Positions 49,901 through 62,495 are shown, counted from the stretch's first letter. The stretch is DNA of 64,000 nt from Balanoglossus misakiensis (GCA_040954595.2 CM082582.2:930001-994000), one strand, 5' to 3'. Made by a program: numbers and translations. Notes: generated from the sequence alone by a model not told the origin.

Positions 49901-51049
49901 GGTCCAACAAAAACCAGACCTCTAGCCCTATTGGCTCGCCTAGAATTAGATATGCACATAATTAATGAGGTAAAGTATAAGGCTCCATTAGGAGTTCCAT
50001 GCCTCCAAATGCAATGCCTGTATCTGCGTGGGTTGCCGAGATATGGTAAAGTAGGTCAAAGGTCACCTGAGGTCACCCAAAATTGGGCAAGAAATTTTAA
50101 CCCCATACTGGTCCATGTTCAACAAAAATCAAACCTCTAGCCCTATTGGCTAGCCTGGAATTAGGTATGCACATAATTAATGAGATAAGCAGGTGTCACA
50201 GGTGACCCCCAATTTTGTCTTTTCAATTTTAGTCACAACCCTCCATACGCCAAGTCTGTACCTGCTGTGGATGCCAAGATATAGGAAAGTAGGTCAAATG
50301 TCACCTGAGGTCACCCAAAATTTGGGCAAACATTTTTGATCCCATACTGGTCCATGTCCCACTAGAACAAAACCTCTAGCTGTATTAGTTAGCCTGGAAT
50401 TAGGTATGCACATAATTAATGAGTTAAGCAGGTGTTACAGGTGAGCCGAAAATTTTGCCTTTTATTGTGGTCCCATTCTGCTCACGGGCCAATAGAGAGT
50501 CACTGTACAGGACCATTGCACAGACGTGGACATAGCGTCATAGCTTAACTATAGAAAGTATAGGCCCATGGCTGGGTCCAAAAAATATGAAATATAATAT
50601 TTAAAAATCTTCTTCTCAAAATTGACTTGGCCCAGAGCCTTGAAATTTAGCATGTAGGACACTGACCATATGGTCCGCAAAATGATTGCACAGAATTTTG
50701 AAATCGTCATTCATATGCAAATTAGGCCCATTTGAAAACTTTGCCCATATATGGTCATCAGGTCATGTGACTAATTACACATTCCCGAGGGTACTGCACG
50801 AGCTCTCATAGACCTGCACCAGTGTGCCAAGTTTGAGATTTGTAGGTTCAGCCGTTTTCAAGATCTACCTGAGCAAAAAAACTACACAAGAAAAAAAAAA
50901 AAAAGATTAAAGCTGCAAGCAGCATTGTCGGGCCCAAGCGCTGATCTTGAATTATATATGCACAGTATGAATGAGAAGAAACAGAATTTTCTATCGGGTG
51001 TATTATCTCATGACATAACAAGGACGTATGTAATTTTGCTGCTGAAATA

Positions 51050-51768
51050 CTGTGGAATACTTTTTGTTCGCGTGGAATTTATTTTGGCTGCTTTCGCGGA
51101 GGTAATTTTTGCGCGAAAATTTGTTCCAGCGGTATGTTTTGAACACAATAGACATGAATATTAATGAGCTAGATCGACTGACGCAGTGACCTTTGACCAC
51201 TGATTACTTGCATGTTACGTCTATGGAAAACAATCTGACACGGAACACGCACTCACGCTCACGCACTCACATGCCGACAGTCATTATCGACACCTAGTAA
51301 TTGACACCATAACTAAAACTGGTTAAAAACAATAAAATCAAATGTTTGCCGACTTGATTGACACCCAAAACGCATTGTTTGTCACCTAACAGCAGCCTGT
51401 GATGTTTGTGTTTGACGACTTAGCTTTGTCGATGTCAATCTGACACGGAACACGCACTAACGCACTCACATGCAGACAGTCATTACCGACACCTTGTAAT
51501 TAACACCATAACTAAAACTGGTTAAAAACAATAAAATCAAATGTTTGCCGACTTGATTGACACCCAAAACGCATTGTTTGTCACCTAACGGCAGTCTGTG
51601 ATGTTTGTGTTTGACGACTTAGGTTTGTCAACGTCTAATTTCAATTGGCGTACAGTGCCTTGGCTGATGACAATGTAAAGCGATCAGCGCGAAAATAAAG
51701 TCGCGCCGACGTATCAATTTTATCCATTGCGCGAAAATATTTTCCAGCGATAATAAAGTATTCCACAG
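51050..51768. mobile_element. Tc1/mariner-type MITE with a TA TSD
   Basis: TA-CTGTGGAATACTTT ... AAAGTATTCCACAG-TA. The empty site GCTGAAATAGGGT matches other HINE copies. Internal ~205-bp duplication at 51232-51633. Confidence 0.88.
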
Positions 51769-53414
51769 TAGGGTAAAGTAGGTCAAAGGTTACCTGAGGT
51801 CACCCAACATTTGGGCAAAAAATTTTGACCCATGCTTGGCCATGTCCAACAAAAACCAAAACTCTAGCTCTATTGGTTCGCGTGTAATTAGGTATGTGCA
51901 TATTTAATGAGTCAGCAGGTGTCACAGGTGACCCAAAAATTTGGCTTTACATTTAGGTCCCATCCTGCCAAATGCCAAGGCTGTATCTGCTCTGGATGTT
52001 GAGATATGCGAAAGTAGGTCAAAGGTCACCAGAGGTCACCCAACATTTGGGCAAAAAATTTTGATCCCATACTGGTCCATGTCCAACAAAAACCAAACCT
52101 CTAGCTCTATTGGTTCGCCTGTAATTAGCTATGCACATAATTAATGAGGTAAGCAGAGGTCAAAGGGGTCATGGAAAGTAGCAAAATATTTTGATCACAC
52201 ACTAATCCACATGCATCAAAAACCAAACATCTAGCGCTATAGGTAAGCCTGGAATTAGATATGCAGAAAAAATGACATGTGAAAAGTAGGTCAAAGGTCA
52301 TGTGAAAAATCGTCAAAAATTTGTAACATATTTTAGTCACATGACTATTGATATCCATACAAAGAATTTCTATGCTATCAATTTTTAGACTAGAAAAAGG
52401 AATTTCAATTTTTCGATACTTTTTACAATTCCAATATGGCCGCCATAATCTTCGACCAATCACAATGCTCTTTGCAAACTTGATAGACATCAGTGTAGTG
52501 ACCATACTCCCCGAATCTTGTGACTCGGTTATCGCCCGTTCTTGAGAAGAAGATTTTGGGAGTTTTACTATGGTTTTTCGAAAATCCAATATGGCCGCCA
52601 TAATCTTCGACCAATCACAATGATCTTCGCAAACTTGATAGACCTCAGTTAGGTGACCACATACCCCAAACCGCGTGACTCGGTTATCGCCGGTTCTGGA
52701 GAAGAAGATTTTTGAAATTTTGACCAGATTTCAGAAAAACAACTGTAGCAAAAAAACTGCAACATTGACAGCAAAATATCCAATTACAAAAATGATGGGC
52801 AGAAGGTACACTACCAGCACGCCAAATCTGAAGTAAATCTGACTTGTAGTTTCTGAGATCTGAGATTTGCATTTTTTCAGAAAATCCAATATGGCCGCCA
52901 TGTCACGTGACTAATTAAAAATTCATGGGTTCAATACACGACTACTCATTGACCTTGACCACTGTAGCAAGTTTGAGAACTGTACCTGCAGCGGTGTCTG
53001 AGATCTAGAGCGATAAAAAATGGACAGGAGAATAAAGAAAGAAAGAAAGAAAGAAAGAAAGATTAAAGCTGCAAGCAGCATTTTCGGGCCCAAGCGCTGA
53101 TCCGGTATTATATATGCACAGTATGAATGAGAAGAAACAGAATGCTCCATCGGCTGTTTTATCTCATGACATATATGTATTTTTGCTGCTGAAATAGAGT
53201 AGAGTAGGTCAAAGGTCACCTCAGGTCACCCAACATTGCGGCAAATTTTTTTTGACCCATACTGGTCCATGTCCAACAAAAACCAAAACTCTAGCTCTAT
53301 TGGTTCGCCTGTAATTAGTTATGTGCATATTTAATGAGGTTAGCTGGTGTCACAAGTGACCCACAAATGTGGCTTTACATTTTGGTCCCATCCTGCCAAA
53401 TGCCAAGGCTGTAT

Positions 53415-53841
53415 TAGTCTCGGTTACCCAGAGCCCTCTGCTTCTTCCGTTGGGCACTCCAGAAAGAGGGTCTGGGGAAACCCGGTAGACAAACTGTCAG
53501 GCGGAATCGGGACAGCTGCGATGCATGACGGGAGATTAATATTCCATAATGGCGACGTCCTGCGCGCGAACCTCACGGCCGACATGTATGACATACGATA
53601 AAGAAAACATGCTGAGAAGTGCTAGACCTGCTAAAACTGTATACAAATTGAAAAGAGAGAGAGAAGTTTGGTAAATAGTTTTCTAATATCGTCATATCAT
53701 AATATCGTATCGAATATTAATCTCCTGTCATGCATCGCAGCTGTCCCGATTCCGCCTGACAGTTTGTCTACCGGGTTTCCCCAGACCCTCTTTCTGGAGT
53801 GTCTAACGGAAGAAGCAGAGGGCTCTGGGTAACCGAGACTA
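53415..53841. mobile_element. Non-autonomous AcademH-like transposon with ~130-bp TIRs
   Basis: TAGTCTCGGTTACCCAGAGCCCTCTGC.. / ..GCAGAGGGCTCTGGGTAACCGAGACTA; perfect 9-bp TSD AGGCTGTAT at 53406-53414 and 53842-53850. Confidence 0.9.
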
Positions 53842-56800
53842 AGGCTGTATCTGCTCTGGATGCTGAGGTATGCAAAAGTAGGTCAAAGGTCACCAGAGGT
53901 CACCCAACATTAAGCAAAATATTTTGACCCCATACTGGTCCATGTAAAACAAAAACCAAACCTCTAGCTGTATTGGTTCGCCTGAAATTGGCTATGCACA
54001 TAATTAATGAGGTCAGCAGAGGTCAAAGGGGTCATGAAAAGTAGCAAAATATTTTGATCACACACTAATCCACATGTATCAAAAACCAAACGTCTAGCCC
54101 TATAGGTGAGCCTGGAATTAGATATGCGGAAATAATAATGCGTGAAAAGTAGGTCAAAGGTCATGTGAAAAATAACTAAAAATTTGTAACATATTTTAGT
54201 CACATGACGATTGATATCCATTAAAAAGAATTTGTATTCCAACAATTTTTAGACTAGAAAAAGGAATTTCAATTTTTCACTGCTTTTTACAAAATCCAAT
54301 ATGGCCGCCATAATCTTCGACCAATCACAATGCTCTTTGCAAACTTGATAGACATCAGTTTAGTGACCATACTCCTCGAATCTTGTGACTCAGTTATCGC
54401 CTGTTCTGGAGAAGAAGATTTTTGCAGTTTTACTATGGTTTTTCGAAAATCCAATATGGCCGCCATAATCTTCGACCAATCACAATGACCTTCACAAACT
54501 TGATAAACATCAGTTAGGTGACCACATACCCCAAACCCTGTGTCTCGGTTATCACCGGTTCTGGAGAAGAAGATTTTTGAAATTTAAGCCAGATTTCAGA
54601 AAAAAAATTGTAGCAAAAAAACTGCAACATTGACAGCAAAATATCCAATTACAAAAATGATGGGGAGAAGGCCGATTACCTGCACACCAAATTTGAAGAC
54701 GGTCTGACTTGTAGATTCTGAGATCTGAGATTTGCATTTTTTCAGAAAATCCAATATGGCCGCCAGGTCATGTGACTAATTAAAAATTAAAGGGTCCAGT
54801 GCACATCTACTAATTGACCTTGACTACTGTAGCAAGTTTGAGAAGTGTACCTGCAGCGGTGTCCGAGATCTAGAGCGATAAAGAATGGACAGGAGAATAA
54901 AGAAAGAAAGAAAAACCCCAACGAAACCAATAGGGCCCAAGCGCTGGTGTGCGCTTGGGCCCTAATGAAAAACCCCAGTAATACCAATAGGGCACAAGCC
55001 TGCTTGGCTTGTGCCCTAATAACCTTGATATTTCATGGGATAAAACACAGCATTATGTTTCTACTCATTAATTATATGCATATCTAATAATCAGATCAGA
55101 TAATAGAGCTTGGGCCCGGACAATGCTGCTTGCAGCTTTAATTCTGTCTTTCTTTCTTTCTTTATTCTTCTGTCAATTCTTTGTCGCTCTAGATCTCAGA
55201 CACCGCTGCAGGTACACTTCTGAAACTTGCTACAGTGGTCAAGGTCAATGAGTAGTCGTGCATTGAACCCTTGAATTTTTAATTAGTCACGTGACCTGGC
55301 GGCCATATTGGATTTTCTGGAAAAATGCAAATCTCAGATCTCAGAAACTACAAGTCAGATCGACTTCAAATTTGGTGTGCAGGTAGTCTACCTTCTACCC
55401 ATCATTTTTGTAATTGGATATTTTGCTGTAAATGTTGCAGTTTTTTTTCTACAATTTTTTTTCTGAAATCTGGCTTAAATTTCAAAAATCTTCTTCTCCA
55501 GAACCGGTGATAACTGAGTCACGCGGTTTGGGGTATGTGGTCACCTAACTGATGTCTATCAAGTTTGCGAAGATCATTGTGATTGGTCGAAGATTATGGC
55601 GGCCATATTGGATTTTCGAAAAACCATAGTAAAACTTCAAAAATCTTCTTCTCAAGAACGGGCGATAACCGAGTCACAAGATTTGGTGTGTGTGGTCATT
55701 AAACAGATGTCTATCAAGTTTGCAAAGGGGAATGTGATTGGTCGAAGATTATGGCGGCCATATTGGATTTTGTGAAAAACGATTAAAAAGTAAAAATTCC
55801 CTTTCTAGCCTAAAAATTGATAGCACAGAAATTCTTTTTATGGATATGAATCATCATATGCCAAGAATAAGCTATAAATATTTTGGTAATTTTGGCAATG
55901 ACCTTTGACCTACTTTTGACGCATGATTTTTCTGCATATCTAATTCCAGGCTAACCAATAGGGCTATAAGTTTGGTTTTTGATGTTTGTGGATTTGTATG
56001 TGATCCAAAAATTTTGCTACTTTTCATGACCCCTTTGACCTCTCCTGACCTCATTAAATATGCACATACCTAATTACAGATGAACCAATAGACCTAGAAG
56101 TTTTGTTTTTGTTATACATGGACCAGTATGGGGTCAAAATATTTTGCCCAAATGTAGGGTGACCTCGGGTGACCTTTGACCTACTTAACACTATATCAGC
56201 ATCAGATCAGATAATAGAGCTTGGGCCCGGACAATGCTGCTTGCAGCTTTAATTCTTTCTTTATTCTTGTGTCAATTCTTCGGCCAACGAGATCTCTGAA
56301 ACTACTGCAGGTACACTTCTCAAACTTGCTACAGTGGTCAAGGTCAATGAGTAGATGTGCAGTGACTTGTGAATAATTAATTAGTCACATGACCTGGCGG
56401 CCATATTGGATTTTCTGAAAAAAATCAAATCTCAGATCTCAGAAACTACAAGTCAGATCGACTTCAAATTTGGCATGCAGGTAGACCACCTTCTACCCAT
56501 CATTTTTGTAATTGGAAATTTTGCTGTCAATGTTGCAGTTTTTTTGCTACAATTTTTTTTCAGAAATCTGGCTTAAATTTCAAAAATCTTCTTCTCCAGA
56601 ACCGGTGATAACCAAGACACGGGGTTTGGGGTATCTGGTCACCTAACTGATGTCTATCAAGTTTGCGAAGATCATTGTGATTGGTCGAAGATTATGGCGG
56701 CCATATTGGATTTTCGAAAAACCATAGTTAAACTCCAAAAATCTTCTTCTCCAGAACCGACGATGACTTAGTCGCAAGATTCGGGGAGTATGGTCACTAC

Positions 56801-57668
56801 ACTGATGTCTATCAAGTTTGCAAAGAGCATTGTGATTGGTCGAAGATTATGGCGGCCATATTGGATTTTGTAAAAAGCAGTGAAAAATTGAAATTCCTTT
56901 TTCTAGTCCAAAAATTGATAGCATACAAATTCTTTTTATGGATATCAATCGTCATGTGACTAAAATATGCTACAATTTTTTGGCGATTTTTCACATGACC
57001 TTTGACCTACTTATCACGCGTTATTATTTCTGCATATCTAACTCCAGGCTAACCTATAGGGCTAGACGTTTGGTTTTTGATGAATGTGGATTAGTGTGTG
57101 ATCAAAATATTTTGCTACTTTTCATGACCCCTTTGACCTCTGCTGACCTCATTAATTATGCGCATAGCTAATTACAGGCGAACCAATAGAGCTAGGGGTT
57201 TGGTTTTTGTTGGACATGGACCAGTATAGGATCAAAATTTTTTGCTAAATGTTGGGTGACCTCTGGTGACCTTTGACCTACTTTCGCATATCTCAGCATC
57301 CAGAGCAGATACAACCATGGCATTTGGTAGGATGGGACCAAAATCTAAAGCCACATTTTTGGGTCACCTGTGACACCTGCTGACCTCATTAAATATGCAC
57401 ATACCTAATTACAGGCGAACCAATAGAGCTAGAGTTTTGGTTTTTGTTGGACATGGACCAGTATGGGTCAAAAAAATTGCCCAAATGTCGGGTGACTTCA
57501 GGTGACCTTTGACCTACTTCACCCTATTTCAGCGGCAAAAATACACACATCTTGTTATGTCATGAGATAATACATCCGATAGAAAATTCTGTTTCTTCTC
57601 ATTCATACTGTGCATATATAATTCAAGATCAGCGCTTGGGCCCGACAATGCTGCTCGCAGCTTTAATT

Positions 57669-58879
57669 CTTCTTCTTCTTCTTCTTCTTCCGAGAAATTC
57701 GGCCAGGTAGATCTGGAAAACCGCTGCACCTTGGGGGCTGAAACTTGGTAGGGTGATAGGGGCCAATGAGTAGACGTGCAGTGGCTCGTGAATATTTAAT
57801 TAGTCACGTGACCTGGCGGCCATATTGCATTTCCTGACAATCGTTAAACGAGTCCTTCTCAAAAACTACTGGGCCGATCGAGTTCAAATTTGGTGTACAG
57901 GTAGCCTACCTTCTGTCCATCATTTTACCCCTTGAAATCATGACGTCACACATAAAGTTTTTTTGCTACAATTGATTTTCTGAAAAACTACTTAAAACTT
58001 TAAAAATCTTCTTCTCCAGAACCAGCGATTGCCGAGTCACAGGATTCGGGGTATGTGGTCACCTAACCTATGTTTATCAAGTTTGCGAAGCGCACTGTGA
58101 TTGGTCGATCATTATGGCGGCCATGTTGGATTTTCGGAAAACCATTGAAAAATGAAAATTCTGTTTTGTAGCCAAAATGTTGACAGCACGTAAATTCTTT
58201 TTTTGGATATGAGTCATCATATGACCGGAAGTTGTTACAATTTTTCGGGGCAATTTTGACATGACCTTTGACCCAGTTTTAAAACAACTAATTATATATG
58301 CATATCCCCATACCTCCTCTTGTAAAAGCACCACAGTCATGAATTTTGTGGACATGGGTACCAATGCTGCCAGGACATGACACAACTATTTTGGTAATTT
58401 TGGCAATGACCCTTGACCTATTTCTGAAACATCATTTTTCTGCATATCTAATTCCAGGCTAACCAATAGGGCTAGAGGTCTGGTTTTAGTTGGACATGGC
58501 CCACTCTGGGGTCAACATTTTATGCCCAAATTTTTGGTGACCTTGGATGACCTTTGATCTAATTTCCCATATCTCAGCATCCACAGCAGTTAGAGTCCTG
58601 GCTTTTGGAGGGCCGATGGAGCAGATATGGAGTCTTACACAAGACCTCATTAATTATGCGCATACCTAATTCTAGGCGAACCAATAGAGCTAGGTGTTTG
58701 GTTTTTGTTGGACCTAGACTAGTATGGGGTCCGATTTTTTTGCCCAAATTTGGGGTGACCTCAGGTGACCTTTGACCTACTTTCCAATATCTTGGTATCC
58801 ACAGCAGATACAGCCTTGGCATTTGCTTGTTACCATGGGAACCGCTTGTGCCCCGCCAACGCTGCTTGCAACTTTAATT
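57669..58879 (+). mobile_element. Subfamily-C HINE body, the outermost closing element of the complex
   Basis: (TTC)n tract, then a diverged body ending GCTTGTGCCCCGCCAACGCTGCTTGCAACTTTAATT. No plus-strand AGGGCACAAGC head was seen upstream in the window. Confidence 0.8.
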
Positions 58880-59116
58880 GTATTTTGCATTTTCTCACGG
58901 TGGCGACCATATTCCTTTGCGGCGAAGATTTATTATTTGTCTGGTTTAAACTTGCATATGCACTCATACTTAGGGTTCATAATACTTGTACATAGTTCAG
59001 TGCATACTTCTGTATGGGCTAAAGGTGGTGCAGTTTGAAAAAAGTGTGATAATTTCCCAAAAGTACCAGCTGATGCACCGATTTATGTCTAATCTCTGTT
59101 TTGAATTTCTTGGCAG

Positions 59117-59317
59117 CTTAACCCAAGTTGATAGTACCCTTCTTGTCCTGGACAGAAGTCTATCTGTCAGTACAAATGGTGTAACCGTATCAGTAGATGA
59201 CAACTCGTGGCATAATGTTGTCATGTTAATTGAAGAAGGCATTGTGGCAGTTTACTTGAATGGTGTTGCAGTAACATCACCCCTTCCATCCTGGACAGGT
59301 ATCGATGACTCAGAAAA
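59117..59317 (+). CDS. Internal exon of an SVEP1-like extracellular multidomain protein (pentraxin/LamG domain)
   Basis: TTGGCAG acceptor, GTAAGT donor; encodes ..VSVDDNSWHNVVMLIEEGIVAVYLNG..; phase 2-2. Confidence 0.85.
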
Positions 59318-59720
59318 GTAAGTTGCTAGTGGAACTCCGAACATTTTTAACTCCTACAAAGCCATAGAAAATTGTCATCATCACATGTTAAAATTCTATA
59401 TTTTCCTATACTGTCAAGTTTTCCCAAGCCTCAAGAGAAGTGAACCATTTATTTGTGAAGCAGTTATCTTGTTTATAACTTATCTGCTAGGTAGCTTGTC
59501 TTACTCCTACATGACAATACAATATCATCATAACATGTTGCGACTTACAACAAAACTGGCCAAAAAAATCAAGGGAGCAAACTATGGACATCAGCAAAGC
59601 TATCTTCGTGGCACTTTCAAATTCAAACTTATGCGGAACGATACTGATTTTCACAGTTTATTTTTGACAACTTCTTACCAGCACTTTTAATGAATTCATT
59701 ATTCTCTTGTTTTTCAACAG

Positions 59721-60004
59721 CTGTATGGTAATTCTTGGTCAAAGCTATGACGAAAATGGACTCCTTGACAACTATTTTAGCTTCCATGGTGATGTTACAC
59801 AGATGAATGTATACGATTATGTATTGACTCCTGTTGAAATCCAGAGTCTGGCTTTGAACTGTTCACAAAGTCCACTTGGCAATCATGTCATGTGGGTTGA
59901 AATGGATCAAGAGTTATTGGGTAGTGTGGTCAAAATCCAGCCATCAGCTTGTGGAAGTACCAGGTGCCCAATTGGTTACTCTGGTTCACCATGCACACCT
60001 GTTG
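59721..60004 (+). CDS. Internal exon: pentraxin C-terminus plus EGF-like segment
   Basis: CAACAG acceptor; VILGQ..SFHGDVTQMNVYDYVLTPVEIQSLALNC..GNHVMW..CPIGYSGSPC; in phase with the previous exon. Confidence 0.9.
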
Positions 60005-60342
60005 GTAAATAGCCTTATTCATTACTATCAAACAATTTTATGCATAATCTGACGAGGAGAAATTGGGTCATATTCACAGAGTTGATTAATCCTAAATCCT
60101 TACTTTAACACAGCTCTCCTTGTAATGTTGTGTCTGTCCAGGGAAAACTGTGTGAAATTTTGAGTAGTTTTTCCTGTGTACATTCACCAGCCCCTAGCTG
60201 CTGTGTGTTGTACTCCAATCACACAGCCTGCAATCTCTCTACTTTAGGAAGTATAGGGAATCATCATCTGCCCATGCCTGTATCGCTCACTCTTTTTGTT
60301 TCTACCGTACATGTATTTAACACTGAATGTAATGATACTATT

Positions 60343-60442
60343 CACAACCACCATCACCATCATCATCATCATAATCATCATCACCACCACCACCACCACC
60401 ATCATCATCATCATCGTCATCATCATCACCATCATCATCATC
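60343..60442. repeat. (CAT/CAC)n intronic microsatellite
   Basis: Direct reading of the sequence. Confidence 0.92.
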
Positions 60443-60742
60443 AGTTTCTGCTGTTCCAAGAACTAGGCTTATCATGAGTGTAATTGATCATATCAGTTAT
60501 TATGCCTATGGATACCATCTCATGACTCCTGTCCTATCTTGTAGTGTTTCTTGACAGTGATCTAGTCTATTCACATGTATCAGAAAACAAGCACTTAACA
60601 ATATCTGGATTTCTCATGAATATGTGACAGATATTAACATCTAGTAGTGCATTTACCTAAATGTACCAGTGTATGCATAGGGGGTGTGGACCAGTTGTTT
60701 AATTTACAAACATTTGTTATTCTTTCATTTTTTTTTCTTCAG

Positions 60743-60883
60743 ATAAACACGCTCCTGAAGTCATTTACTGTCCCAATACGACCCGTATAATTAGTCCTAA
60801 TAGCTTGACAACAGGAGTATGGCAGGAGCCTATATTTACAGATTATGTCGCCATTGCCAATGTGACACAAACCTACACAATGG
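60743..60883 (+). CDS. Internal exon: HYR domain, N-terminal half
   Basis: Long pyrimidine tract + CAG; DKHAPEVIYCPN..VWQEPIFTDY; GTAAGT donor; phase 1-1. Confidence 0.9.
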
Positions 60884-61587
60884 GTAAGTTTCCTATAAAA
60901 TATCATTTCTGATTATAGATAATATATAACATTCACACTAACTAAGTTTTTTTTATCGGGGTGGGGTGGGGAGTTGATCTAAACAGAAACCAACAAGCTG
61001 AGACAACTTTCCTAAGATTATGGTCAGTATGAAGCATACTGGTACAGTTTATTCTTGTGGCCGTTACTCATATATGGCTAGCACATCCTATGTGCGACAG
61101 ATGATCTTGCTTCCAAGTATTAAAGCCTCAATTGCTGATACTATTACCATATGTTTATAGGCCCTTTCCTCGATCCCAGGGCAGTACAATGAAGTTAAAA
61201 CTCGAAAGCATTTGTGTTTGCACGTAATTGTTTATTGGAAACAAAAGATTTGACCAACTGTTGAGCAAGGCCTTTAATCAGTAAAGTACTTAATATTCTC
61301 CACTACTACTTGGGATACCCATACCACAAATGTTGTGTTCTCTTACAATGGGCAGTTGAATAAACGTGTGCGGCACCATATCTGTTTAGTATACATATCT
61401 TGTTCATGTTTATATGTACAGTCACAATCAGGAGTTGATAATATGCCTGTGTATACCCACCAGATAGCTCACTTAAATGGACCATTCTAAGTTTGAAAAG
61501 AAAATCATGAAAAACATTCAAGAAACGGAAGCTATTTTGGCTTTAGCACCCATGCCTGTAATGATGTGCATAATTTTGTTCTTACAG

Positions 61588-61683
61588 GTGACACCTTTTC
61601 CTGGGGAACCTACCAGATCAGCTATGTTGCTTCAGATACAGCTGGCAACAATGCACAGTGCTACTTTTTACTCTATGTACTGC
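61588..61683 (+). CDS. Internal exon: HYR domain, C-terminal half
   Basis: TTACAG acceptor; GDTFSWGTYQISYVASDTAGNNAQCYFLLYV; GTGAGT donor. Confidence 0.9.
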
Positions 61684-61780
61684 GTGAGTGAATTTTTTTA
61701 TCATTCATACATAAACTTTACAAATTAATTAATATCTTGACAAATTGTCATCTCTACCCCTTGTTATGTCTTGTCACATA

Positions 61781-61976
61781 CTGTAAAACGGGACATTTTC
61801 GTGACAGAAAATATTTTGCAATATATCAAAAGAGGCAACTGTGACACGAGAATTAAATTTCCGCATTCTAGTATTTTACTAACTACATGTACTCTGTTAT
61901 CTCTGAAAAACATTTTATGCGACTTTATTTTCTTCTTTTTTTTTGCCGAAGTTTGGGAAAATTTGCCGTTTTACAG
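61781..61976. mobile_element. Small Tc1/mariner-type MITE
   Basis: TA-CTGTAAAACGG ... CCGTTTTACAG-TA. Confidence 0.75.
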
Positions 61977-62194
61977 TAATATGATTGCATCATTATCACT
62001 TTTGTCCCTATGTAACTATCAAAATTATAACAACATCATTCAGAACATACAAGGACACTCAAACCCGTCTAAAACAAACCCTGTCTAATCGGGAAACCTC
62101 TCTTCAACCAACAGCTTTTCCTAGTACCTTTTACATAGAAACATGTTAATCTGTTGGTGTTCTGTTTAAAAGATTTGACTGTGTAATAAATATG

Positions 62195-62495
62195 GGTGTC
62201 ACACATACACCATTAAGACAGTTCTGAAGCATCTCAGAATTGATACTGTCTTAAAAAAAACATGTGTGGACGGTGTAAGTGGTCCTGAAACGTCTCAGAT
62301 TTTAGACGGCTCTGCCAGCCAGACCTGAGCCGGTGTAAGGATTAACACCTCTCCGCAACCCATTGTCTATGGGGCCGAGCCTCAGCGCCCATACATAAAC
62401 TTTGTGTGTGTGGACACAACATGACTCAAAGGATTAATGCTCTGTGGTTAGCACTGGCAAATAGTGTCTCAAATTTTACCCTGTGTGAACCTGGT
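62195..62495 (+). mobile_element. Harbinger-like MITE, same family as 3820-4110
   Basis: Shared GTGTGGAC.GTGTAAGTGGTCCTGAAACG..GCCAGCCAGA..GGTGTAAGGATTAACA. Confidence 0.65.

Larger units (their letters stand above)
49578..55019 (-). mobile_element. Inverted subfamily-C HINE carrying one A/B-type head and two A/B-type bodies inside its 5' T tract
   Basis: C 3' end TATAGCTGCAAGCAGCGATGACGGGCACAAGC at 49579; C head AGGGCACAAGCCTGCTTGGCTTGTGCCCT at ~54989-55017; inner head ~54915-54966; inner 3' ends at ~50906 and ~53062. The host sequence CATAGATA|TAACCTTGATATTTC resumes at ~55020. Confidence 0.88.
45319..57668 (+). mobile_element. Second nested HINE array (heads at 45319 and 45372; bodies ending 46843, 48272, 55143, 56254, 57668)
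   Basis: Same heads, (TTTC)n tracts and 3' termini as the first array. The body starting ~48290 is split by the inverted insertion at 49578-55019. Confidence 0.9.

Noticed and set aside
13458-58995. Recurrent 60-160 aa ORFs (MDINRHV.., MQISDLR.., MTFDLL..)
   Set aside because: They recur only because the non-coding HINE is repeated. Stops and frameshifts differ between copies and no domain was recognised.
60130-60477. Poly-His ORF
   Set aside because: Intronic (CAT/CAC)n microsatellite with no exon support.
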